Shown: positions 42,969 to 56,421 of the stretch, piece after piece
Numbering within the stretch: position 1 is the stretch's first letter
Layout of the letters: the number at the start of each line of letters is the position of its first letter
Assembly: GCA_951406725.2 (NCBI GenBank)
Contig: OX597818.1
Location: 118,358,001-118,422,000, forward strand
Source of the DNA: Octopus vulgaris
Lineage: Eukaryota
Length of the DNA stretch: 64,000 bases
Direction: 5' to 3'
Program-made: the position numbers and the translations under genes
The notes under the pieces: generated by a model
Database searches by the model: none
Seen by the model: only the letters and a program-made list of their open reading frames with translations
Told to the model about the DNA's origin: nothing

Positions 42969-43548
42969 AGTAGTTAGAGAGAGAGAGTGAGAAAGAGACA
43001 GACATACATCATGTAAATGCTCATAAATACATACATCAATACATTTACATCTGTCTATACGTAAGTCTAAACGTACATATATACACCCATGTTCGCTACA
43101 TGTGTACGCGCGTGTGTGTGTGTGTGTGCGCGCGTGTGTGCATGAGTGTCTTCCTGTAAGTGCTTAATAGGTCTGTTTGTGGTGTACGTCTGGATGTTTA
43201 CGTAGTGTTCATTAGCGTCGATGTGCGTTCATTTTCTTTGTTCCTTTCATCCGCTTCTACAGTTCCAGCTTTTGACTAAATGCAAGCATTTTCACACTGT
43301 TTGTATATTAAGGAGACATAGGTATGTGCAGTAAAGTTTTTGAATCTGGAATGAGGTCAACGTGTCACCTGATACGATGTGTTATCACGTGTTCTTCGTA
43401 CGTAGGAGGATATGCAGTTGAAATATTTCTAAGCGTCCGAACACACAAGCAGAGGGACACAAGGAAAGCATCTTGCAATATAATTACAAAATAGCTTTCA
43501 GGAACATATATATATGTAGATATATATATATAAGTATGTATGTATGTA

Positions 43549-43596
<48 letters not shown>

Positions 43597-43624
43597 AGTA
43601 TATATGTATGTATATATGTATGTA

Positions 43625-43681
<57 letters not shown>

Positions 43682-44007
43682 ATATGTATATATGCATATA
43701 TATATGTATATATATACATATATATATGTGTGTAAATATATATATGTATGCAAATATATATATATATACATATATAAAATTAAGCACAAACACAAATATA
43801 AACGCTTATGCGCATACGCACGTAGGCACACAGACATACACACGCACACACTCAGACACACACACTTACATGCACACATGCAGGTATACATACAGTAACT
43901 TAAACATACTTTTGCATATATTGCGTTTACTGCAAGTCTTTGCGTATACATACGCACAAATAAAACAGACATGTATTAACTGCATACACGCACTGACATA
44001 TTTATAC

Positions 44008-44075
<68 letters not shown>

Positions 44076-44105
44076 ATGCGTGTGTGTGAGAGTATGTGTG
44101 TGAGT
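42640..44105. repeat. Large degenerate (TA)n/(TG)n microsatellite complexes
   Basis: Seen directly (42640-42970, 43505-43780, 44010-44100). Confidence 0.95.
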
Positions 44106-44374
44106 AGTATGTTTCCTCTGTACATATATTTCTTCGGAGCAACTCTGAAAGAATTACATCAAAACGTTTGGGCCTTTTCGTAATAATTTCCCTTTTCTGT
44201 CACTATACCGACAGCTTGCCGATGAAGAAGCTTTGAATCCGATGAAATGTGAACTAAACTCATCTGACATTGAAATTCAGTATCTTTCTCTTCATCATAT
44301 CAGTGTCCTTTATTCGTGTACATATACACACACAAATAAATATATATTATTTCTGTTCTATTTAAAAAAAAAAA

Positions 44375-44412
44375 CTGTCCGATGAACGGGAATGTGAAAC
44401 TCTGAGTAACAG
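44375..44412 (+). ncRNA. Minimal hammerhead-like motif
   Basis: CTGT-CCGATGA-AC GGGAAT GT-GAAAC TC T GA GTA-ACAG, about 35 nt upstream of a (TA)n array. Confidence 0.6.
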
Positions 44413-44444
44413 CTTTTGTTATATTTCTGCTGCTTTTAAATAAA

Positions 44445-44542
<98 letters not shown>

Positions 44543-44721
44543 GCCCCCATTTATAAGTTGTTTATAAATTTAACCTTTAAAGGTATTTTTTAATATGTTG
44601 GCCATTTAAATTTTTTTTTTCGAAAAAATTTTATCCCACATAAAATATAAAAGATATAGACATATACATATATATATATATATCTGTAAATATAATGTGT
44701 GACAATTATCCAGGAGCCATG

Positions 44722-44780
44722 ATAAAACTCCGAGTTTCGGGTGTCGGGGCGGAAACCGACGCCGGCATCTCTTCAGTTAT
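44722..44780 (-). ncRNA. Type-I hammerhead-like motif, canonical core
   Basis: Minus strand ATAA-CTGAAGA-(GC-rich imperfect stem II)-GAAA CTC G GAG TT-TTAT; a TA tract lies ~40 nt downstream. Confidence 0.6.
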
Positions 44781-45219
44781 AGAGCCATCGAAAAAAATCT
44801 AAGAATTTCCTTCCAAAAATAAATATGTATGTGTGAAAAGGAATACCAAGACACACATCGAATAAACTGCAATGATGAGACATTACGTTATTGATTTTTT
44901 ATTACAAAACAGAATAGTTACCGTAAAAAATAAAAAATAGAGCATGCGGCTGGTTTGTCCAGACTGGTACGAAAACACGGGGAACTATTCGACGATACGG
45001 TAATCGCAGCATTAAGATCAGAAGGAGAAACAGAAAATGTAATGGGGAATGTGGTACTCGAATTACCAGTGACCCTTGAAGACATAAAACGATATGCTGA
45101 AAAAGTTTAACAGAAATTGAAAGAATACTATGGACAAGTAAAGTATATAGGAATAGGAAAGGTTGGGAACGACACCGATACGTGAATATCAAAATTCGAT
45201 GCCGTACTGATCTGAAACC

Positions 45220-45880
45220 CTGCAAAAGAATATGCTGAGGGTACTCCATCTTCGACATCATGGTATTTAGAGGATGAAGGCTTTAATACGTAGCTACGTG
45301 TACCGGCTTAAAATGGATAGAGAAATCGAAAATTTAGAGAAAGGCTGCGGAGGGTGTGCGCCAGCGGCAAAATTACCGTAGATAAAGGGTGAAACTTGGC
45401 CAAAAGTAGATATTTCGTGGTCAAGATTACACATTGATTTCGCTGGTCCCTTAAACGGTTCATAATATTAGTGGTAGTACATAGTTTCTCTAAATGGTCA
45501 GAAATGTGTAAAAGGTGTAAAAAGTGTAAATGTCTAACCGCCTCAACTGCGACAAATTTTCTACAAAGGCAGATTGCGAGATCTGGCGTCCTAGACGCGA
45601 CAGTGTCTGACAATGGAACGCAGTATGTTTCTTTTGAGTTTAAAATGTTTTGTAGAAACTACTTTGCCATATCATCCCAGATCGAACCGACAAACAGAAT
45701 GCTATGTCGATTGTTCAAGAGAGCTCTAAGAAAGTCGAATAAGGATGTCAGGGATGAGATAGCTCTACAACAATTCTTAAGTTTATACCGTATGACACAA
45801 AATCCAAACACACTAGCAGGTATGTCACCAGTGGAGTTGCTGGTGGAGAGTGAAGTAAAATCAATCTTTGACAAATTGCT
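45220..45880 (+). mobile_element. Ty3/Gypsy LTR-retrotransposon integrase relic
   Basis: LHLRHHGI*RMKALIRSYVYRLKMDREIENLEKGCGGC (HHCC), WSRLHIDFAGPLNG, VVHSFSKWSE, TVSDNGTQYVS.EF, FLSLYRMT.N...GMSPVELL. Confidence 0.9.
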
Positions 45881-46658
45881 AGATGGACCTATGTCGGAAT
45901 GACAGGCAACTCGTTTAAGGAAAGGTATTCACAGTATCTGGTATCATTCAGTGTCAAAAATAAAATTTTAAAATGCAACAGCCCTGTCAAATATGATACA
46001 GGTATTGAAAGAAGGTGGAGTAATCAACCCCTAGATAGAATGGAAAATTATTACTAAAACCAAAAATACAGAGGACGGGGCACCAATTGTGAACAACTGT
46101 ATTACTGAAAAATTACACAATATACAATCAAAAGATAACATCCTAAACATTAGTGATGAAACTTTCTTTCCTTGCATATACAAACAATATTTTACACTCA
46201 AATATTTCAAAGAAGTGCCACTATCTCCGATTTTGTAAACGTGACATATCAATACACATAACCCACAAACTCCACACAGAGAATAAAATATGCTCCAATG
46301 ACGAACAACCTCAGCACACAAGTATAAGAATAGTATGCCCAGAATGAAAACAAACTAATTCAAACAAATTCACCACACAATTTCCTCCAAACACAAATCC
46401 AAGGGAGACAAACATCCAAAAGTTACCACTAGATGGTGAAGTCCCTTGATTCATTGGTTTAATCATGTGAATTCGCGACAATCACCACAAACTAAACGAG
46501 GCGGCTCTGTTTTCCAAAATGGAGGCGAAAACCTTTCTCATGTGATCGACTTGAAAAATTGGGATAGTTTCCTAATTTTCAGAACATGAAACCAATAGTA
46601 GCCATATTTCACAAATAATGCGGTATTGAGAATTCTTTTCCTCACTCGGCATTTTCGT
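45881..46658 (+). mobile_element. Second Penelope-like 3' fragment (GIY-YIG C-terminus plus 3' UTR) ending at (TA)n
   Basis: WTYVGMTGNSFKERYSQYLVSF / NATALSNMIQVLK / IEWKII...NNCITEKLHNI...NILNISDE.FFPC resembles the PLE endonuclease tail; a different subfamily from 12022-12360. Confidence 0.75.
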
Positions 46659-46784
46659 ATATATATATATATATGTGTGTGTGTATGTGTGTGTGTGTGT
46701 GTATATAAATTAATACATGTATATATACTTATACATAATACATATATATACATATACATATATATTTATATGTATATACATATG

Positions 46785-46897
<113 letters not shown>

Positions 46898-47890
46898 GTG
46901 TGAATCTATATATATGTATGTGTTCATGTACGCATATGTATATGTATATGTGCGTATACATATATACATTCTAACGTGCTAGCGTGCCTTTGTGACTGTG
47001 TGAGTGTCTATGTGTCTGTGTATTTCTCCAATGTATATCGCGTACGATGTAAAATTAGCTTCTATTTGTCACAAAGTTTAAACCACACTTTTCCTTTTTC
47101 ACATAAGAAAGACAACTCGTAATATAGACGAAAATATTGTTTGTTAAGTATAAGTAGCACTCACTTCCATTTTTCCTTGCATTTTATGGCACGAATTATT
47201 TGATAAACATATAATATGATTAACCTATTCGTTGACTAATTCTAGCATAATACCTAAACAAAGTAATAGTAATTAGGTGTCGTTTATTTGATTATAACTG
47301 AGTTATGGTTTTTTTCTTTCAGATCTAATCAGTCGTTTAAATAGTCTAGTCACTTGCTGTTTTCCTTTTGAATACATACGATAATAAACTAACATGTCTA
47401 CTTCTTTTAATGTTTGTGTCTCCAATCGAAAGCGAGAATGAGAGAGAGAGAGAGAGAGAGAGAGATACAGACAGAAAGACTAAGAGACAGACACAGATAG
47501 ATAGACCGACAGACAGATTGAGACAGAGACAAAGTGAGAGATCCAACAATAGAGATAAAGAGAGCCAAGGAGATGAGAGAGATAGATGATAGTGTGAAGT
47601 AATGTGTGAGCGTATTGGAGAAATTCTGCGTGTGTGTCTATGTTTGTGTTTGTGTGTCTGAGTGTGTGCGTGTGTGCGTGCGTGTGTGTGCGTGTGTGCG
47701 TGTGTGTGTGTTTCTGTGTGTGAGTGTGTGTGAGTGTGTGTGTGTGTGTGTGTGTGTTTGCGTCCGTGTGCATAATGTATAGGCAATAGGTTATTTATCA
47801 ATTTACTGGAAGGTAAATTATCACCCAATTTCATCTTGGCGACATTCCAGGACATTAATAGTTATTTCAAATTTCTACGACTTTTATACT

Positions 47891-48733
47891 AAATATTTAA
47901 TATATTTATTATTATCGGTGGAAATATTTGCCATAACCAACGCAGTAACAGCATTATTCAAATGCAATTTCAAATTATTCTCATATTATTGTTCAAGTCG
48001 TTGGTGTTGATTTTATGCGCTGATGATCAACTAGACGTGCCACTCCAATGAACTTGTGAATACGGAAAAAATACCTTCCAGTGACGTGTTTCATTTCGTG
48101 AAGAAACATGTTTGGCAGGATACACTGAGTTCGAAGCGACAATTAGAAGCTCCTTTGTTTAGGTTCTGCTATAGAAACTATCCTATTTGTAGTATTTATT
48201 TAGCAAGAAACGGCTAACAAAATCTGTGTATTATAATATGTACCACTGAAATTCATTCTCTTTTTTGTGCCTGTATAAATATATTACAACGCAGTGTAAT
48301 ACCTATTATATTTCGAAGGTGTTAATCAAACATATTGATATGCTTAACAAATCAAGAAAAAAGCTGTTCTTAATGACAAATCTAACAAGAAATGTAATAT
48401 GTGAATGATTTGTCAAATGTAAATAATATCACTCAGGAATCACCCTCAACATTTTACTAGGAATTCATTCGATTACGGAGTTGTTTTAACAGAGAATGCA
48501 ATAAGCGCGTTGCTTCTCATTGTCAAAGTATACAATTTGCAGTGCAGTTAGATGATATTTGTTTAAAAAAGAGAGATTATTATTATGATAAAATAAATAT
48601 TTACTAAGCAAGTGAGCACTATTATGCAACGAAATGATAGGACGTAAAATATTAAAATTATTAGAATTGGGAATCTAATGTGAACATATCAAATGACTAG
48701 CAGAAAACCGCCCGGAGGGCAGTCTTTCTGTTA

Positions 48734-48794
<61 letters not shown>

Positions 48795-49092
48795 TCGGTC
48801 TTGAAAATTTTAAGACAGATATTCCGGAGGCATCGATACAGACGCCTCGTGTATATTTGTCTCTCCCAGGTTTTTTACTGATGAAGTGTGACCTATGGTA
48901 GATTGGCTTAATTTAATTTAATTAAGCTAATTTAATCATTAATAACACAGAAACGATGCATCGTCTAAAAGATGAATTAGGGTAAATGTTTTTAAATTTT
49001 CACCTAATTTCTGAATTACTACTACTTGGCGGTGTGAGTTATGGCTGCTCTTTCTGGTGGACGAATGGCCTGTTAAGGTCACTCCTAAATTG

Positions 49093-49168
<76 letters not shown>

Positions 49169-49739
49169 TCTACAATCTGTGCCCGATAGCTCAGAAGACT
49201 GCGTAGGCGAGCTTAGCAAACCAAATTGCTTAGAGTAGAAGAAGCAGTTCTCATAGAAGTTAGAAGAGTTCAAAAAACAACAAAGAAGACCGTTTAGTAT
49301 AACGAAAATACAAGAAAGTTAGTCAAGAGGTCAATGACATTTATGGAATAAAGAAACAGCTCCTTAGAGAGATTTTGTCGTTCTTTCATTTACCTTTGAA
49401 ATATGCAGACTTCTTTTGGCGAGCTCTTCTTTTAATCACACGTCTAATGATTTATTTTCTATATATATTTTAAAATCCCAAACATAGGAAGTTGTCTCCA
49501 ATAAAATAATATTAGCATTTAACAAAAACTAATATAAAATAAAATAAAATTTTTGAAAAATATTAATTTAGCATTAGAATTCTTCAAGTTGTATAAAAAT
49601 AGTTATTGTCTGCATCATTCGAAAGAGAAATAAATTTTGCATAAAGTATAAAAGATAAAAATAATTTGTATGGTGTTAGTAACAAAATATTTTGTAAGAA
49701 ATAGAACTTTTATCATCGGTCTTAAATCTATTTTCGCCA

Positions 49740-49793
<54 letters not shown>

Positions 49794-49985
49794 ATAGTAA
49801 TGCAATACGAGAGTATTGCTTTCCAGCAAAGGATAGCCCGTGAGGGTAAAATTATACATAAAAGAAATATTTAATATATTTATTATTATCAATGGAAATA
49901 TTTGCCATAACCAACGCAGTAACAGTATTGTTCAAATGCAATTTCAAATTATTCTCATATTATTGTTCACGTGTTGATTTTATGC
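47891..49985 (+). repeat. ~125-bp direct repeat pair (47891-48018 and 49865-49985)
   Basis: AAATATTTAATATATTTATTATTATC..TGGAAATATTTGCCATAACCAACGCAGTAACAG... nearly identical in both copies. Confidence 0.92.
48873..48970 (+). ncRNA. Type-I hammerhead ribozyme with long stem II, in a ~300-bp cassette between (TA)n arrays
   Basis: TTTTA-CTGATGA-(65-nt fold-back including GATTGGCTTAATT/AATTAAGCTAATT)-GAAAC GATGCATC GTC-TAAAA; GUC site and 12-nt palindrome ACGATGCATCGT. Confidence 0.8.
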
Positions 49986-50017
49986 ATGATCCGTTATCTA
50001 GGTTTTTCCTTTTTCAG

Positions 50018-50032
50018 ATGTTCTTCCTAGAG
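50018..50032 (+). other. Candidate 15-nt microexon
   Basis: GTTTTTCCTTTTTCAG|ATGTTCTTCCTAGAG|GTAAGA; strong acceptor and donor, length divisible by 3. Confidence 0.4.
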
Positions 50033-50642
50033 GTAAGACAAATATTTTCATGTTTGTTGCACACACGCATCTTTACTAGTACATACGCAGTGAAGCTATA
50101 CATTAGCGTCGTATTTATTACGTTCGCTATTTTCCAGTAAATATCGGTGCTTCGTTGTATATATACATCGGACACAGACTGTTGAGTTGTATGTGGTTTA
50201 GGGAGGCTGCGTGTGGTGTAGAAATATATATATATATATATATACATATATATGTATATACATATATATATATATGTGTGTGTCTGTGTGTATGCAGATA
50301 TGCAAGAGAGACAGACAAATAGACTGACAGAGTGTGACATTCGTATATGAGTAGGAGAGTGTGTGTGAGACTTAGTGGTTTGTTAATAGTCTAAAAACCA
50401 TAAGGACTTTACTTCGACTCGTGGATTTAGCACCATTGTCTGTCGTTGAGTCACGTACCTTTCTTCAACTTCCTCTTGTCTACTTAGCTGCAAAGGATTA
50501 CAAGTCTAGTTCTGTTGGAGCTTGCCCTCTCTTCTCTGTCACGTTTCAGGATGTCACGTACGGGATATCGGGCGAGTGACTACACCTATACAGAGGCTTT
50601 TGAAAATTTCAAGAAATCATCGTAGAGACCAAAGTACACACA

Positions 50643-50681
<39 letters not shown>

Positions 50682-50925
50682 ATACACACACACACACTCA
50701 CACACAAACACACTCACTCTCCTCTCCTTCTCTCTCACTCTCTCTCTCACACACACACAAATGCAAGCGTGCTCCAAAGTATATGAAATATAATCTGAAA
50801 TGTCTAAAAACGTAGTAACTGCATTTATATATATGTGTGTATATAGATATTTATATATATATGTGTGTGTGTGTATGTGAGTGTGTGTGTACTCGCATAT
50901 ATATATATATATGTACACACACACA

Positions 50926-50972
<47 letters not shown>

Positions 50973-52016
50973 GTATATTCATATATAAATTTAAAGATAC
51001 AAGGATTGTGCTTTCTCAGAAAAGTATTTTAAGTTGTAAACTAATATTACACTTAATTTAGAGTTTAAGAGTTTTTACCCCCAAAAATCATTATTCGGAA
51101 ACACACACACACACACACATACACACACACACGCACACATACATACACACAAGCTCACACATACACGAGCTCTCAAATATACACACCCTGAGAAAATTGT
51201 AAGCTATACATTGCAGACCACTTTACACTGTTTTCCATTTTAACGGGTTTTAAAATATTGTTTGTTATTTATCGATAATTGTTCCATGATGTTTAAATCA
51301 GATTCATGTTTGCAGATTTTCTCAACGTAATGTTAGTCTTTATGAGAAAGGTGTAAATAATGGTTAGAACTGTCAGAACGTCTTAGCTTGATTTACAAAC
51401 TTTAAATATTTTGTTTTTATGTTCTGAGATGTTTGTAGTTTTGTTTGACATATAAATTTGAGTTTTAGGCTTAACTTTCTCCAATGGAATTTTACTCACT
51501 AGGTAGAAAAAGTACATTAAAAATATATTCAGCGTTTTATGCTAATGACAGTTTAGAGCATTTATGAACGTTGGTATATGTTAATAAAAGAAATATTTGT
51601 TCATTCGTTACTGTGCCATTATGGCATAGCAATACTATAGGGAAATTATCCATACTTTGGTAATATTATAAGCCACAATTGTGTGTCTTTATTTATGGGC
51701 GTTTTTCTTGTATATGGTTTCATAATCTGTTGCAGATACAACGTCATTTCGTCTCGAGTGATATGCCTTTTAGTACAATATTGTGTACATAACGCGTTTT
51801 GCATGCTATAATGTATGTTAAGCCATGAGAATAACAAAATGAGTTACTTTAAATTTTGAAGTTTGAATCCTGTGCCTTCTAAGAGACAGCTACATAGTTC
51901 ACATTCCGGAAAGTTCATTTATTTACTCTAGATTCCGAAATATGCTGATTTATATTTCGCATATTTTATATGAATGGAATGTTTTTCAAGACGATTCTTA
52001 TGTTATTTTCTTTTAG

Positions 52017-52082
52017 GAGACAGGTGAAAGGTTTACAGAGATGCTGTGGAGTACTGTGGCGCCCTTCGCGTTTGAAGCTGAA
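52017..52082 (+). other. Candidate 66-nt exon
   Basis: TGTTATTTTCTTTTAG|GAGACAGG...GCTGAA|GTATGT; more GC-rich than its flanks; two of three frames are open. Confidence 0.35.
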
Positions 52083-54093
52083 GTATGTTGACACATAATA
52101 CTTACGCTTTGTAGAAGTTTGAAGAAGCTCCTCTAACTTGAATTGATTTCTGATTTTTTTACCTTAATGCGATATTGTATAGTATGTATATGTCCAGATC
52201 GGTTCCTCCACGTGCATCTCCAGGCCTCTATTTGCCACAGCTCATCTTTCGCGTCTGGCGCTGCAGCTGCGCCCAGCTTCCGCGCCTCACGGGCGGTCAC
52301 TGTGTGTTTCCGGCGTCGTTTGTGATGTTACGGTGGTAAACCACTCTGGGTTGGTTATGCAATCCCTTCGGTGGCACGCCGCCGGGTCTAGATTAGTCGT
52401 TTGGCGAATCCAGTATTTCTAAGTGGAGACAGGTGGAAGAAGGCTATACGAGACGAATCGATCAAAGGTCTGAGTTGCCCTTTGTTATCCGGGACCACAC
52501 GTGCACTACATCGGAGTTATCACCGAGCACGCATTCTCCGGTCCGATAGGGTGCAGTGAGAGAGGAAGAGTCGGTGAGAGAGAGGACAATTATGCAGATA
52601 AACAAATTAGACACATCGATTATATTATATACATAGAAATTCAATATATTTATATGCAGAATTGAGTAAGTCATCACGTGAGCGAATCTTTATGTATAAA
52701 TATACAGATATTTATAAATGCCTATAAATTTATTCATTGAAATTCATCACCTGAAACTTTCCACATTTTGCTTTCTCTCGCTCCACATATATACATATAT
52801 ACATGTTTTTGTATTTGATATATTTAATACATTCAATATATTTGATGTGTATAATTCGTTTATCAGCATAAGTTCCTCTCTCTCTCTCTTTCTCTCTCTG
52901 TATATATATATATATATATATCGTGTGTGTGTACATATAGGGTGGTGCACAGAAAGGTAGGTCACCTTTCATAGCATAGTTTACATTTAGAAGTAAATCT
53001 ACATGCAAAAACAACCCCACGCCCTTGCAAGTGTATTTTTGTTTGTGTTTGTGTATGTATGCATGCATGTATATATATATTTATGTGCAGATTTGTGTGT
53101 TTTATGTATGTATTCTCATGCATATAGTTACATATCTAGACATGCTCATATATATTTAAAAGGTAAACTTCTGGAAAGATTTAAAGAATTCTACAATTCC
53201 AGTACTGGATTGGATATGTAGTCTTCGAATTAACTTTTTCGTTTTGGGGTTTGAGAAGCCTAATTTCTCAAGATTGGTATTTAGGCAGCGTGTTACATAT
53301 AACAGGCCCCCAATATTAACGGGTATAAACCTGAACTTGTACTCCACATAGAGTAAGTGCAGATTTCTCAATATGTATGTATAAATGTATGTAGGCGTGT
53401 ATGTACGTATCCATGCACGTGTGTGTGTATATATCTATGTATGCATGTATGTATGAATAATGCATCTATCGTTAAATCGATTTCATCCATTATACATCGC
53501 TGGAATTCCGTTGAGTATTCTATACTTATGGTATTTTGCAACCTTATGGTATTTTACAACTTTATATTTCCTATTATTAGAAATATTCATGTTCTCAACA
53601 TCATTTATTTCATATTCTTATTAACTCCAGATAGCTCAGAGGCAAAGATGTTTATATATAAACCTCAGATGAGAGTTAAATATTAACTGAAACTTTAGCA
53701 AATTCTGAAAAAAAAATGCGTTAGAAAGAAATATCTAAGACGATTTGGCTTTTTTGATGATTGGGTAGTAACAATATATATAACAATAAATTTCTAGTGA
53801 GTGTGCTACATATATATAGAGAGAATGGATTTTCAGAGGCGTAGCCTGCTGCATACATACACACCCAGATACACGCATATATGCACTACGTGTACAATTA
53901 TGCATCAGTGAATAATTATAGTTGTATGGGCTATATTAAAGTTAATATCTAAATGCTTTTATTTAGTTACAGATTTTTTATATCGCCATATTCAACATTC
54001 ATGTTTGTATTTATTAGGTAAATGGATGTGCACTCCAGCAGTGAAAAAATTAAGGGTATGATGAAAACATAGGTCGACCATTTTGAATTGCCA

Positions 54094-54189
<96 letters not shown>

Positions 54190-54224
54190 TTATATATATA
54201 TATATATGTATATATATGTACGTG

Positions 54225-54425
54225 TGTGTATATGTTTATGTGTCTGTGTTTGTCACCCCAACATCGCTTCACAACCGTAACTTAGCGGTTCGGCAGAAAT
54301 CGATAGACTAAGTACTAGGCTTACAAAGAATAAGTCCGGGGGGGGGCGATTTTCTCGACTAAAGGCGGTGCTCCAGCATGGCCACAGTCAAATGACTGAA
54401 ACAAGTAGAATAGTAAAAGAGTAAA
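54225..54425 (+). mobile_element. SINE family A, 3' part
   Basis: Match to the 3' half of 41356-41750. Confidence 0.88.
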
Positions 54426-55239
54426 TAAACTGTAAACTTCAAAGCGACGAAAATTTTTGACAACTTAAGTTGAAATGTTGGAGTGAATCTAACGGTTTTT
54501 GTGCGTTTCTTAAATGGCTTATAAACACCTTCCATGCTGAAATAGTTTTCGTTCCTGCACACGATCTCAGACCAGGTCACTTGCTATGCAAGTACATCTC
54601 CGTAATAAATCATTTTATTTTATGGAAAAAGAAAATGAATAATAGAGGCGTGTATATGCAGTACCCAGTACACAAGCGACATGCATTTAAACCTTACAAA
54701 GAAATTCGGTTGTATAACAAGGGAGGCTGAAATACGGACTGCCTATTCATTTTAACAGGAGAGAAAACGATAGAGAAAGGAAGACAGAGTTAAGAAACGA
54801 AGACAATCTGATAATTGACATAAATGAAGCAGCGTTAAGGGAATAAAGTAAAAAGATGTGTTTAAACACAATTAATAGGATATCATTAAAGAATTGAAGA
54901 CAAAGATCACTTGGGAAGGCTTCAATATGGAGATAATTTTCTAAATGAAGAAAAGCTGACTGAAGAACAAGGTGACGAATATCTATCTTAATTCTGAATT
55001 GTAATCAATCATATAAGATTTGATTTATATTCATTTCACATATGTTTAAAAGGCCATTCTTGGCCAGAATGAATAATTACAAGCAGTGATATATTCCACC
55101 ACGCTGTGAGTGTAATCGGAATTAATTAGATATTTGTTTGGTTCACTGTAGTCTGCAGAAGTGCAAGAGGTCTTTCGCTGCTTCAAGCAGGTAATAAAGG
55201 CAATGAAAACTATAAGTAGTTATAGAACAAAGGAGGAAG

Positions 55240-56015
55240 TCGGCGAGCTGGAAGAAACGTTAGCACTCCGAGTGAAATGCGTAGCCGTATTTCATCTGAA
55301 AAAACTGCTGGTCTTGTACCAATATTTGATACCATCGCTTATATGCTGTAAGGAGGCGAGCTGACAGAATTGTTAGTAGACCCAACAAAATTCTTCGCGG
55401 AGTGTTATTAAGTTAGACATAGCCTGGGCCTATACTGGCCAAAACCTCAGTTATTTCTTCTAGCTCTGAGTTCAAATTCCGATGCAGATGACTTTGTCTT
55501 TGTTTTTTTTTTCTGTGTCATTAAAAGAAGTATTAGATGGGTAATGAGGTCCATGTGATCGATTATCCACACCACAAAAAAAAAATTCATGCCCAGTTGT
55601 ATTAACAAAGTAGAAGGCGGGCGAGCTGGCAGAAACGTTAGCACGCCGGGCGAAATTCTTAGCAGTATTTCGTCGGCCGTTACGTTCTGAGTTCAAATTC
55701 CGCCCAGGTCGAGTTTGCCTTTCATCCTTTCGGGGTGGTTTAAATAAGTACCAGTTACTCACTGGGTCGACATAATCGACTTAATCCGTTTAATTTTCCT
55801 TGTTTGTCCTCTCTGTGTTTAGCCCCTTGTGTGTAGTAAAGAAATAGAAATAGCTATTTCGTCTGTCACTTCCTTGAGATCAAACTATGCCGAGGTCGTC
55901 TCTGCCGTTCATGCCTTTCGGAGGTCGATAAATTTAGTATCAGTGAAACCCTTGGATCGATGTGATCGACTAGTCTCCTCCCCAAAATGTCAAGCCTTGT
56001 GCTTGTATCAGAAAT
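55240..56015 (+). mobile_element. SINE family B cluster (best copy 55616-55850)
   Basis: Multiple GGCGAGCTGGCAGAAACGTTAGCAC heads and cores. Confidence 0.85.
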
Positions 56016-56334
56016 GATGTAGAAGAAGGTAGGGGTGAAAAGAGAAAATAAAACGATGAGATGATGCAGAAAGAATAACGTAACATAGCGTAACACAAGT
56101 AAAGGAGCGAAAGAAGGAAAGGAGAGACATTGGAGGAGGACATGTACTACACTATTACGTTTACTGTACATACATATGATTAGGGTTGACGAAAAAATGA
56201 AAGAATTAATTATTTATAATATTTAAAGCATTAAATTTATCTCCATCACTCAATTCCTAGGTAACTATGTCTCACTCTCTTTTTCTCATTCTTCCTTCCT
56301 CAATTTTTCTCTCTCTCCCATGTTGATATATACA

Positions 56335-56349
56335 CATATATATATATAT

Positions 56350-56421
<72 letters not shown>

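Noticed and set aside
46430-46605. Possible hammerhead remnants in the 3' UTR of the second Penelope fragment
   Set aside because: Stems I and III cannot be paired convincingly; mentioned only as weak support.
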